Positions 7,903-16,257 of a stretch of DNA of 32,000 nucleotides are shown here, piece by piece (within the stretch, counting starts at the first letter, position 1; each line of letters opens with the position of its first letter). The notes under the pieces were generated by a model. That model was not told where the DNA came from. It was given only the letters and a program-made list of their open reading frames with translations, and ran no database searches. The position numbers and the translations under genes were made by a program. Origin of the DNA: Promethearchaeota archaeon (lineage in GTDB: Archaea; Asgardarchaeota; Lokiarchaeia; Sigyniarchaeales; Promethearchaeaceae); NCBI GenBank assembly GCA_016933055.1, contig JAFGBS010000009.1, positions 600,001 through 632,000 on the forward strand, written 5' to 3'.

Positions 7903-9171
7903 ATGAATTCAGCACAAGAATCACCACAAGTCAAAAAAAAATTAGTTAAAACCCTAAAAACCTCTCAAAAATTAAAAAAGATTATGGCATGGTACTTTAT
8001 TAAGGGAAAACTCTATTCAAAACTCCCATGGAAACAAGTTGCTTGGAGTGTATCAGGTTTTCCCACGGAATTCCTTTGGGCATATAACGTGTACCCATTT
8101 TTACCGGAGAATTGTGCTACCATTGCTGCGGCTCGTCATAAATCACAAGAATTAATCGAATATGCAGAAGCGTGTGGATACTGTAGGGACCTTTGCAGTT
8201 ATTTTAAGACAAATATTGGAGCGTACGATTCAAAATTACCCGCACAATTTGGAGGGTTAGAAAAGCCAGACTTAATGACTTGTACAAACACAGTCTGCGA
8301 CACACACGTAAAATGGTTCCAAACCCAATCTAGAAATCTCAATGTTCCCTTATTTGTTTGGGACATTCCCGCTTACGTGTCTGGATCCGATGAGAAGACC
8401 ATGAATCGCTATCTAGATTATGTGACGGACCAGTTCTGGGAATTTACAGATTTTATGTACGACCATACAGGTAAGAAATTTAACCAGAAAAAATTTATTA
8501 AAACTGTAAAAAAAGCTGATGAACTGGCAGTTCTTTGGCGTGAATTATTCAAATACCGGAAGCAAATCCCTGCTCCATTAGGTTATGCAGACACCCTTGG
8601 AGATGTATTTCCAATGTTTGCATTACCCGGTAAAAATCGAGGTATAAAATTCTATCGAGAACTGGTAGAAGAAGTCAAAGAAGCCGCAAAAGTAGGAAAG
8701 GGTGTGGTTGAAGATGAAAAATACCGATTATTATTTGAAGGTATTCCCTTTTGGTATAAGATTAAATTTTTCCATCAGCTAGCAAATTTCGGAGCAGTTG
8801 TTACATATGAACCATATACGTGGAGCTTCGGTGTACGACGGGAGATTTTTGATGATGATATAGATAGATCTTTACGAGAAATGGCTAAATCCCTAATCCA
8901 CACACCCTATTGGTACAATTTGGAGACAAGAGTCGAGTATTTCAAGAAAGTGATTGAAGAATATAAAATTGATGGGGTAATATTGCACAATAACCTTTCT
9001 TGCAGACCGAGTACGACGGGTATGGCAGACTTAAAACAAATCATTCAGGAAGAACTCGGTATACCTGTTCTTTTATTGACCTGTGATATGAATGATCCCA
9101 GAGCATTCTCAGAAGCGCCAATGCAAACACGATTAGAAAGTTTTATAGAATTACTTGAATCTAGAGCTTAA
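7903..9171 (+). CDS. 2-hydroxyacyl-CoA dehydratase / benzoyl-CoA reductase family subunit (HgdA/BcrB-like)
   Basis: Motifs PEN, CRDLCSY, NTVCD, RLLFEGIPFW, SCRP and TRLESF; starts 3 nt after the partner subunit gene. Confidence 0.88.
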   Translation: MNSAQESPQVKKKLVKTLKTSQKLKKIMAWYFIKGKLYSKLPWKQVAWSVSGFPTEFLWAYNVYPFLPENCATIAAARHKSQELIEYAEACGYCRDLCSYFKTNIGAYDSKLPAQFGGLEKPDLMTCTNTVCDTHVKWFQTQSRNLNVPLFVWDIPAYVSGSDEKTMNRYLDYVTDQFWEFTDFMYDHTGKKFNQKKFIKTVKKADELAVLWRELFKYRKQIPAPLGYADTLGDVFPMFALPGKNRGIKFYRELVEEVKEAAKVGKGVVEDEKYRLLFEGIPFWYKIKFFHQLANFGAVVTYEPYTWSFGVRREIFDDDIDRSLREMAKSLIHTPYWYNLETRVEYFKKVIEEYKIDGVILHNNLSCRPSTTGMADLKQIIQEELGIPVLLLTCDMNDPRAFSEAPMQTRLESFIELLESRA

Positions 9172-9327
9172 TCGATTAAAAGTAATGAAAAATCCAATAA
9201 AATGGGTGATCGGTGCCTCATCACTCAAGATCATCTTCATATAAGTGATTTATTCACTCTCAGATGGGTCAGAAATATCATCGACAACCGATCATACTAA
9301 TCAATGATTTAGGGATTATCAATATTA

Positions 9328-9951
9328 TTAATTCGGTTTTATCTTTACTTTTCTTCCAATAATCTCTAGCCTATCCTCACAATATAATTCGATAGCTTCG
9401 GGGAAAGCTTCATGTTCCAGCTTTAATCCCCGTTCTTTCAAGGTTTCCTCGGTATCCTCAAATACTACTTCAAGTGATTTTTGAAGGATAATAGGTCCAT
9501 GATCCATTTGATCATCTACAAAATGAACAGTAATTCCTGTAATTTTTACCCCATATTCCACTGCATCTTTATACCCATGCATTCCTCGAAAACTCGGTAA
9601 CAATGCGGGATGAATGTTTATAACACGATGAGGAAATTCTTGAAGAAAGTAGGAAGAAATCAGTCGCATATAACCCGCAAGAACAACAAGTTCTACATCC
9701 CATTTTTTAAGTTCAGTGACAATATTACGATCATGTTCTTCACGTGAATTAATCCCCGATCGAGAACAAATAATAGCTGGAATATTATGCATAATTGCCC
9801 GTTCTAGGCAATATGCATCAGGATTATCACTAATCAACACAGATACTACTGTTTTTCCTTTCAATCGTCCATTTTCACAAGATTTTATAATTGCTTCTGC
9901 GTTTGATCCGGACCCCGATGCTAATATCCCTAAATGCACTGGTTTAACCAT
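9328..9951 (-). CDS. purN: Phosphoribosylglycinamide formyltransferase (folate-dependent)
   Basis: ASGSGSN, VVLAGYMRL, INIHPALLPSFRG, GITVHFVDDQMDHGPII. Confidence 0.97.
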   Translation of the reverse strand: MVKPVHLGILASGSGSNAEAIIKSCENGRLKGKTVVSVLISDNPDAYCLERAIMHNIPAIICSRSGINSREEHDRNIVTELKKWDVELVVLAGYMRLISSYFLQEFPHRVINIHPALLPSFRGMHGYKDAVEYGVKITGITVHFVDDQMDHGPIILQKSLEVVFEDTEETLKERGLKLEHEAFPEAIELYCEDRLEIIGRKVKIKPN

Positions 9952-10011
9952 AAATACAGTAAACTGAGATTATTAATAAAAGTAGATGAATTAGGGTTAT
10001 CGGTATAATTT

Positions 10012-10380
10012 TTAATACCCACGGGTTCTACGAATAATATCTCCTTTTAGAACAACTTGGACGCCTTTATATTTGCCGTAGGATTTGGCATGACTTGAAA
10101 ATATGTTACCAATAATGAGTCCGCCATCGAATTTACAATCTAAACAAGCTTTTTCCAATAATCGAACTTGATTAATTCCTATCGAACGGTTCCAATCTTT
10201 AATAAACACACCAAATTGTGCATCATCTGTCTTGATTATCGCATCAAAATTCCATTTTTGTCCCGATTTCCCTATAACACTATCTGATAATTCATGAAAC
10301 AAATATTTTCGAGAAAAGTAATCTTTAACGAGGGTTTTGAGTGGTTGTTCCTTTACATTTTCTTGTGCATCATTGTCCAT
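10012..10380 (-). CDS. Stand-alone Mrr-like PD-(D/E)xK-fold domain, possibly inactive
   Basis: GKSGQKWNFDAII...GVFIKDWNRSIGINQV...GGLIIGNIFSSHA matches the Mrr_cat pattern, but the E of E-x-K appears as F. Confidence 0.65.
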   Translation of the reverse strand: MDNDAQENVKEQPLKTLVKDYFSRKYLFHELSDSVIGKSGQKWNFDAIIKTDDAQFGVFIKDWNRSIGINQVRLLEKACLDCKFDGGLIIGNIFSSHAKSYGKYKGVQVVLKGDIIRRTRGY

Positions 10381-10532
10381 CTATGATCACCCGATTGATT
10401 ACGTACATACTCCTAATTTTATAATATGTAGAAAAGATAATAGATCACACCTATAAAAGGTAGTATTATCACAGCAATACCCCTTTAATCGACAAAATCG
10501 AATATCAAAGAATCATCCGACACTATTCGACA

Positions 10533-11351
10533 TTATCTCATATTCCATAATTCTAAGAATGAGTAGGAGTGCTTAGGACCGTTTATTTTCACAAAATTTA
10601 AAATATCTTCTAGTAAATTCCGATGCAAAATTTCTATGATCTCATTGCATACATGCGTACATTCAATATATTCATAATTGCACTTATCTCGTGATAATTG
10701 ATCACATAGTGTTTTCAGTTTGAGTGATATTCCTTCAGATTGCAGGACTGTAAAATGATCCCAACCATCTATTACACCTGCAATGGTTTTTGGTGGTAAA
10801 ATTTTCAATAGATCGAACACAGGTTCTAATCGGATTCGAATTTTCTCTTTTGTATTCTCAGATGCAAACTCCGTTTCACAGAATTGCACATAATGATTAA
10901 AGAGAATTTTTGCTTGGGATGTTTTAGTGGTATCTGTTATTTTCCACCTTGAAGCAACTTTACACGTAATAGTTCCGTCATCAGCAAATTTTTTCTCTTC
11001 ACTAGGCTGATTCGAAAATCCTGTGGGATAAATCCAACATTGCGGAGGTTTAATTAATGTGCTATGTAGTTTACATCCATTAGTGGTAACATCATAAAAA
11101 ACACATTTGGAATTTGACGTGGAGATGTTTATTTTGAATGAAAATAAATCCCCTCTTCTGAAATCTTCTTTTTCTGCTATATTTTGCCCGATATAATGTT
11201 CTGCTAAAAATTTAGGCACATCTATCATTATATGGCAACAATCTGCATGACATATAGAAGGATCAATACAATTTGGTCCGCTGATGGAATCTCGCATCAA
11301 GATGTTATATTTTCTAATCAATTCTAGCATCTGTGCACTGGATTGCTCCAT
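10533..11351 (-). CDS. YkgJ-like (CxxCxxCC) cysteine-cluster protein
   Basis: CIDPSICHADCC...CVFYD...GCKLH...KPPQCWIYP, plus further Cys near the C-terminus. Start moved to ATG 11351 because the GTG/TTG-type extension is not supported. Confidence 0.7.
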   Translation of the reverse strand: MEQSSAQMLELIRKYNILMRDSISGPNCIDPSICHADCCHIMIDVPKFLAEHYIGQNIAEKEDFRRGDLFSFKINISTSNSKCVFYDVTTNGCKLHSTLIKPPQCWIYPTGFSNQPSEEKKFADDGTITCKVASRWKITDTTKTSQAKILFNHYVQFCETEFASENTKEKIRIRLEPVFDLLKILPPKTIAGVIDGWDHFTVLQSEGISLKLKTLCDQLSRDKCNYEYIECTHVCNEIIEILHRNLLEDILNFVKINGPKHSYSFLELWNMR

Positions 11352-11430
11352 TTGTTTTATAACGATCAAAGCGGTAAATATTTTTGTTTGAATTAAACCA
11401 GCGTGTAAGGGGAAACATAAAAACAAAAAG

Positions 11431-11991
11431 TTAGTTATTTAAAGTCCAAGCCCACGCTCTTCCGACTTTTTGGGTTCGTTGAATGACTTCTCGCTCTTCT
11501 AGTTCACTCATTACTTTCCACACTTCAGAGTTGGTCATTTTGAAATATCTTCGAATTTCAGGAGTAGTTAGGGTTTCGCCACTAAGCATATTCATTATTA
11601 TTCTTTTTATTTCATCGTAATCTTGTGAAATTGTCGTAAGGTCACCATCCTCGCTCATTTCCTCCTTTTGATCCATTTGATAGATGATATCTTCTGCGAT
11701 CTCATGAAGTCGTTTAAGTTTCATATCTATGTTTCGAGGTTTCATGAATAAGGCACAAAGTTCAAGCCCTCGTGGAAAAGCAACTACATAGAAGTTATCG
11801 TATAAAATTGCTGTGGGTTTCAAACCCGAATTTCCTCCTCGAAAACTTAAATAGAAATTCATTAGGAAATTCTCATAGTCTATATTTATCTCATTTTCTA
11901 CAAACGTGACAACACTCTTAAGAATGGGTCCTTCTATGAGATCAAATCCGAGTTTTGCTGCCGAAATTATCTCATTTTCATCAAAATTCAT
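11431..11991 (-). CDS. Two-domain protein: N-terminal longin/uDENN-like domain and C-terminal winged helix-turn-helix
   Basis: N-terminal GFDLIEGP (FDxxxGP hairpin seen in longin/uDENN families); C-terminal LTTPEIRRYFKMTNSEVWKVMSELEEREVIQRTQKVGRAWAW is a wHTH. AAGGAG lies upstream of the ATG. Confidence 0.6.
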   Translation of the reverse strand: MNFDENEIISAAKLGFDLIEGPILKSVVTFVENEINIDYENFLMNFYLSFRGGNSGLKPTAILYDNFYVVAFPRGLELCALFMKPRNIDMKLKRLHEIAEDIIYQMDQKEEMSEDGDLTTISQDYDEIKRIIMNMLSGETLTTPEIRRYFKMTNSEVWKVMSELEEREVIQRTQKVGRAWAWTLNN

Positions 11992-12006
11992 TATAGTTCT
12001 CTCCTT

Positions 12007-12552
12007 TCATGCTCCTTTCTCCTTTTCAATTTCTTCCATGATCACATTAATGATTTCCACTAAAATTCTCCGCTGTTCCTGATTTATCGCAGTGATACCA
12101 TAAGTGGGTACTTGAAGGACATCTTTAACCATTTTTGGATTTAGGTGCCCATCCAAGTCTTGTTTATTAGCAAGAGCGACAATTTTTGCACAGTCGTCTG
12201 GAAACAAATTTTTTGTATGGCTTACTAGTTCTTTTGTACTAAGAACGTTTTTGGGAGAAGAGTCGGTAACAATAAACACAATATCTGAACCTTCTATATA
12301 TTGGCTCATGTAATGTTTTAGATATGCTTTTTGTCCTCCAAAATCCCAAATTTTTAATTTAAATCCTTCAAAATCTAGTGTTCCCAAATCAAAACCTTGA
12401 GTTGGATTATATTTTTTTTCGATATTTTTCTGCGTAAGGAGTTTCATCAGTGTAGTTTTTCCCACTGCGGGAGAACCCACAAAGGAAATTTTTCCTACCG
12501 CGGGACGTGTTTTTACTTTAGGGATGTCCAGTGGGTTTTCATCAATTGTCAT
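12007..12552 (-). CDS. Small GTPase, Arf/Rag-like Ras superfamily (Asgard type)
   Basis: G1 GSPAVGKTT, G2 PTQG, G3 WDFGGQ, G4 NKQD, G5 TAI. Likely start ATG 12552 (MTIDENP), giving 181 aa. Confidence 0.92.
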   Translation of the reverse strand: MTIDENPLDIPKVKTRPAVGKISFVGSPAVGKTTLMKLLTQKNIEKKYNPTQGFDLGTLDFEGFKLKIWDFGGQKAYLKHYMSQYIEGSDIVFIVTDSSPKNVLSTKELVSHTKNLFPDDCAKIVALANKQDLDGHLNPKMVKDVLQVPTYGITAINQEQRRILVEIINVIMEEIEKEKGA

Positions 12553-12703
12553 CTTATCTTCTCTCGGAACAAGTAGTATGAAGAAAGAAAAAACGAAAAG
12601 TAATTTCATTTCTGGTAACATGGAGATATTACTCGGATATATCACATGAAATAACAAAAATCTCACAAAATACTTAATAGAACACAAGCTGAAAATTGAA
12701 TAC

Positions 12704-13288
12704 ATGGAGCTAGTAAAATCGAAATCTACGTTGCAAATGGCTATTACAGGAGAAACTGAAGCTATTGTTAAATATGATGCATATTCTAAGAAAGCGAAAG
12801 ATGAGGGTCTGCCAAATATAGCCTATCTGTTTGATGCATTAGTCCAAGCCGAACAAATTCATAATCGGAACCATTATAATGCTCTAAAGTCAGTATCCGA
12901 AGTCCAATTTACTCCTACGATCCCTCCCAAAATCCATGTTGGCTCTACTTTGCAAAATCTGCAAGATTCAATTAAGGGAGAACAATACGAATCCAAAAAT
13001 ATGTATCCTGATTTCATAAAAGAGATACGTGATGAATTAAGGGAAGAAAATGGACGTGTTGCTAAATTGTCCTTTGCATGGGCAGAAGAAGTAGAATTGG
13101 GACATGCAGATGCTTTGAAAATTGCACTTAAAGCGTTAGAGAGTGGGCATGATCTTGATGTACAAGCTATATTCGTTTGTAGAGTATGTGGGAATTTGGT
13201 ATTTAACGAACCTGAAGAATTTTGTTCAGTGTGTGGTCATGATCAACGCTTCTTCATGAAAATCAATAGGTCTGGAGATGAGAAATAA
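12704..13288 (+). CDS. rbr: Rubrerythrin
   Basis: Di-iron motifs GETEA...AEQIH and GEQYE...EVELGH; C-terminal rubredoxin-like CRVC...CSVCG. Confidence 0.93.
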   Translation: MELVKSKSTLQMAITGETEAIVKYDAYSKKAKDEGLPNIAYLFDALVQAEQIHNRNHYNALKSVSEVQFTPTIPPKIHVGSTLQNLQDSIKGEQYESKNMYPDFIKEIRDELREENGRVAKLSFAWAEEVELGHADALKIALKALESGHDLDVQAIFVCRVCGNLVFNEPEEFCSVCGHDQRFFMKINRSGDEK

Positions 13289-13998
13289 TGTCATATGAAG
13301 ATAGATTTCATCTTAGCGGCGGAGAAATAATTCGTCAAATCACATTCGGATTAAATGATGGTATCGTTTCAATCTTTGCTTTATTAGCTGGAATTTATGG
13401 ATCTGGACAAGATGATAAGGTAATATTAATCACGTTACTAGCTGCTGCAGTTGCTGGGGCCCTTTCTATGGCTGCGGGAGAGTTTATTAGTGGAAAAGGT
13501 GAACGAGATTATTATAATCACGAAATAGATCAAGAACGTCTCGAGATAAAACTCTGTCCAGATATTGAAAAAGAGGAAATCCGTTTTATTTACCAAGACA
13601 AAGGGTTCTCTGGAGAGATCTTAGATACTATTGTAAACCATATTACTTCAGATCGAGATTTGTGGGTAAGAGAAATGGTGATTTCTGAGCTTGGCGTTAC
13701 AGAGGTGGAGGATGCAAAAACTGGGATTAGAAATTCTATCGTAATCTTTTTTACTTTTATCTTGGGCTCATTATTTCCTACACTCCCTTATTTGATTCTT
13801 TTACCCTTTACCGTTAATCCGTTCACTAAGTTCATCATTGCAACGATTATTACATTTGGAGGTTTATTTCTTGCAGGTGCGCTGAAAAAATTCGTTACGG
13901 GCAAGAATTGGATAAAAAGTGGTCTGGAAATGTTACTTGTAGGTGCATTCGCATTCTCAGTTTCTTATTTTATCGGATTGGCAATCGAGTTATTGTAA
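13288..13998 (+). CDS. VIT1/CCC1 family Fe/Mn transporter
   Basis: FGLNDGIVS, AGALSMAAGEF, acidic cytoplasmic domain (EIDQERLEI...EKEEI...MVISELG) and about 5 TMs. Start overlaps the rubrerythrin stop (TAATG). Confidence 0.95.
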   Translation: MSYEDRFHLSGGEIIRQITFGLNDGIVSIFALLAGIYGSGQDDKVILITLLAAAVAGALSMAAGEFISGKGERDYYNHEIDQERLEIKLCPDIEKEEIRFIYQDKGFSGEILDTIVNHITSDRDLWVREMVISELGVTEVEDAKTGIRNSIVIFFTFILGSLFPTLPYLILLPFTVNPFTKFIIATIITFGGLFLAGALKKFVTGKNWIKSGLEMLLVGAFAFSVSYFIGLAIELL

Positions 13999-14005
13999 AT
14001 AAATA

Positions 14006-14023
14006 AGCAGAATTATTTCTGCT
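14006..14023. terminator. Short hairpin between convergent VIT1 and E1-beta genes
   Basis: AGCAGAA-TTAT-TTCTGCT, a 7-bp perfect stem 7 nt after the VIT1 stop. Function is assumed from position only. Confidence 0.3.
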
Positions 14024-14194
14024 ACATTTTCTGCTAGTGAACTTCTATCCCACCATGTAAATCATATTCATCAAACTCAGATACCATGTTAGATGCAGAA
14101 TAAATCATTCCTAAATACAAGAACTATGGATGAAATCTATGCTATAAAAAGCCGAATATACAATTTGAATTGTTATATATGGAAAAAGGGAATT

Positions 14195-15211
14195 TTAATG
14201 TGAACCATAGAATAGAAATTGACTCATCGAGACTATTTTTTCTACACTTGGTAATGTTTTAACTTCTAATTGAGGTGAGAAGGGAATAGTTGTTTCCGTC
14301 CCAATCCTTTGATAAGTAAAATTTAGTTTTCTCTCTAGAAGACTTGCTGCGATCTCTCCGCTGAGTCCAAATTGTTTATAATCTTCGTCCACAATCAATA
14401 TTTTCCCTGTCTTTTGAACACTGGCTGCAATATTATCAATATCTAATGGAACAATGGTTCGTAAATCTAGAATTTCTGCTGAAATATTTTGTTTCTCTAG
14501 TTCAATGGCAGCATCCATGCATCGATGCACTGCAACTCCCGCAGACACCATTGTGAGGTCGGTTCCCTCTTTTAGTACTTTAAGTTTTCCTATCTCTAAA
14601 GGTACCCAGTGGTCGGGGACTTCACCCTCAATTCCATTTTCTGGAACATCAAATTTAACCGTGTTCCGACCACTTCCACCCAAGTAATATAACAATTGTT
14701 CTGACAACAGCTTATGTTCGAGGAAGATTACAGGATGTTTTTCTTGTAATGCTGCAAGCATAAGACCTCCCGCATCTGCTGGATTACTTGGTAATAAGAT
14801 CTTGATTCCAGGGATCGAAGCAATAGATCCGTAAAGGATCTGTTCATGCTGTCCTCCATCACCTAATCCTCCTCCACAGGGAGCGCGTATAACTAAAGGA
14901 ACACCCCATCGCTTTCCAGAAAAATCATATACTTTAGTTGCATGATTGACAATAGCATCAAAGGCTACACAAATGAAATCTATCATCCACAGTTCCACAA
15001 TCGGTTTTAAACCTGCCATTGCTGCTGTTATACCTGCTCCTAGAAAAGAAGCTTCTGAAATGGGAGTTGGAAATATACGATCCGAAAAACGCGCGACTAG
15101 TGCACTTCTGTTAGTATGCACATCCTCTCCCATAATAATTATCCGATCATCCTCTAACATCGCTTGAATTATTGCATTCTCAATGGCTTCATCAAAATTC
15201 ATCCTTTTCAT
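14195..15211 (-). CDS. 2-oxoacid/acetoin dehydrogenase E1 beta subunit
   Basis: MGEDV, TPISEASFLG, VIRAPCGGGLGDGGQHEQ, VIFLEHK and ILDLRTIVPLD; overlaps the alpha gene by 4 nt. Confidence 0.93.
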   Translation of the reverse strand: MKRMNFDEAIENAIIQAMLEDDRIIIMGEDVHTNRSALVARFSDRIFPTPISEASFLGAGITAAMAGLKPIVELWMIDFICVAFDAIVNHATKVYDFSGKRWGVPLVIRAPCGGGLGDGGQHEQILYGSIASIPGIKILLPSNPADAGGLMLAALQEKHPVIFLEHKLLSEQLLYYLGGSGRNTVKFDVPENGIEGEVPDHWVPLEIGKLKVLKEGTDLTMVSAGVAVHRCMDAAIELEKQNISAEILDLRTIVPLDIDNIAASVQKTGKILIVDEDYKQFGLSGEIAASLLERKLNFTYQRIGTETTIPFSPQLEVKTLPSVEKIVSMSQFLFYGSH

Positions 15212-16239
15212 TTGGATTTTCCCCCATATATTTCTAAAGTTCTTTCAAGAATTTTCTTTATTTCTCTGTGAATGTTTTGGTCCACTTCATCAAATTCTTG
15301 AGCTAATTCCTGATGCTTTCTTCTTGTGATATATAATGGGTCATTCTTTGATTTCACTTGCTTTCTAAATTCCATAAGAGATGAGAGGATAGTTCCGACA
15401 CTTTTAATTCGTTTTCCTAAATTCGCACCTTTCGGAGTAAGAAAAGACTTAGTAATGGACGCGCCGTATTTTTTAAGGGTGTCCTTAGGATTTAATAAAG
15501 GATCAGTGGTAAAATGACCTTCTCTGTGTGTAACAAGCACATGTAAAAAATAAGGTTTCTTATTTTTACGTATTCTGGGGATAATAACCTGAATCGCGTT
15601 ATAAACTTCTTCCACATCTAATCCATTCAATGAAATACCATCTATCCCAAACCCATTAGCACGTTGAACTAAGTTCCCTCCGGTAAAATCTGATGATTTT
15701 GAAGTGATGCTCCAGCCATTGTCTTTACAAACAAATAGAACTGGTAATTGCAAAGTGGATGCTAGATTGAGTGATTCTAATGCATGACCTTGATTATAAC
15801 TTCCCTCTCCGGAGAAAGACACAGCAATATTATCTGTTTTTTTGTATTTCGCAGCTAATGCAAAACCCACCGCCCCTGGTAAGGAAGCTCCAACTATACC
15901 ACTCGTTGCCATTAAGTATTCCTTAGAAAAAAGATGCATATGCCCTCCTAAACCTGCACAAAGTGATTCTTCTCCTGGATGTCCCATCATCTCCAATAAA
16001 ATTGAACTAGGATTCACCCCACGCATGATAAATTCTGGCGTACTGCGATGATCAGACGCGATTGCATCCCCATCAATTAAATTTGATACAACACCTGCTA
16101 TAGCAGCTTCAGTCCCAATACCAAGATGTAATTCCCCCGGAATCAAACCATCTTCCCATAAAACTTTGGTTAATTCTTCAAAAAAGCGGGAACGAACCAT
16201 AAGTTCGTATAAGTGTAATACTTCTGCGTCCATAAGCAT
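15208..16239 (-). CDS. 2-oxoacid/acetoin dehydrogenase E1 alpha subunit (TPP-dependent)
   Basis: GELHLGIGTEA, DHRS, GGHMHL, TPP motif GEGS...VCKDN, and REGHFTTDP. Confidence 0.93.
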   Translation of the reverse strand: MLMDAEVLHLYELMVRSRFFEELTKVLWEDGLIPGELHLGIGTEAAIAGVVSNLIDGDAIASDHRSTPEFIMRGVNPSSILLEMMGHPGEESLCAGLGGHMHLFSKEYLMATSGIVGASLPGAVGFALAAKYKKTDNIAVSFSGEGSYNQGHALESLNLASTLQLPVLFVCKDNGWSITSKSSDFTGGNLVQRANGFGIDGISLNGLDVEEVYNAIQVIIPRIRKNKKPYFLHVLVTHREGHFTTDPLLNPKDTLKKYGASITKSFLTPKGANLGKRIKSVGTILSSLMEFRKQVKSKNDPLYITRRKHQELAQEFDEVDQNIHREIKKILERTLEIYGGKSK

Positions 16240-16257
16240 GGTGTGATATCTGGCAAT

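Noticed and set aside
9168-9179. Perfect 12-bp palindrome TTAATCGATTAA at the dehydratase stop codon
   Set aside because: Single, AT-rich and loop-less; expected occasionally by chance.
12553-12705. 51-aa hydrophobic N-terminal extension of the GTPase in the ORF track
   Set aside because: It would fill the whole divergent promoter and touch the rubrerythrin start; ATG 12552 gives a normal-sized GTPase. Extensions of the YkgJ-like (to 11426), amidohydrolase (17598) and RNase H (23890, inside asnS) ORFs were trimmed for similar reasons.
14034-14108. 24-aa acidic minus-strand ORF MIYSASNMVSEFDEYDLHGGIEVH downstream of E1 beta
   Set aside because: Checked as a possible lipoyl or precursor peptide: it has no Lys for lipoylation, no repeats, and a length expected by chance.
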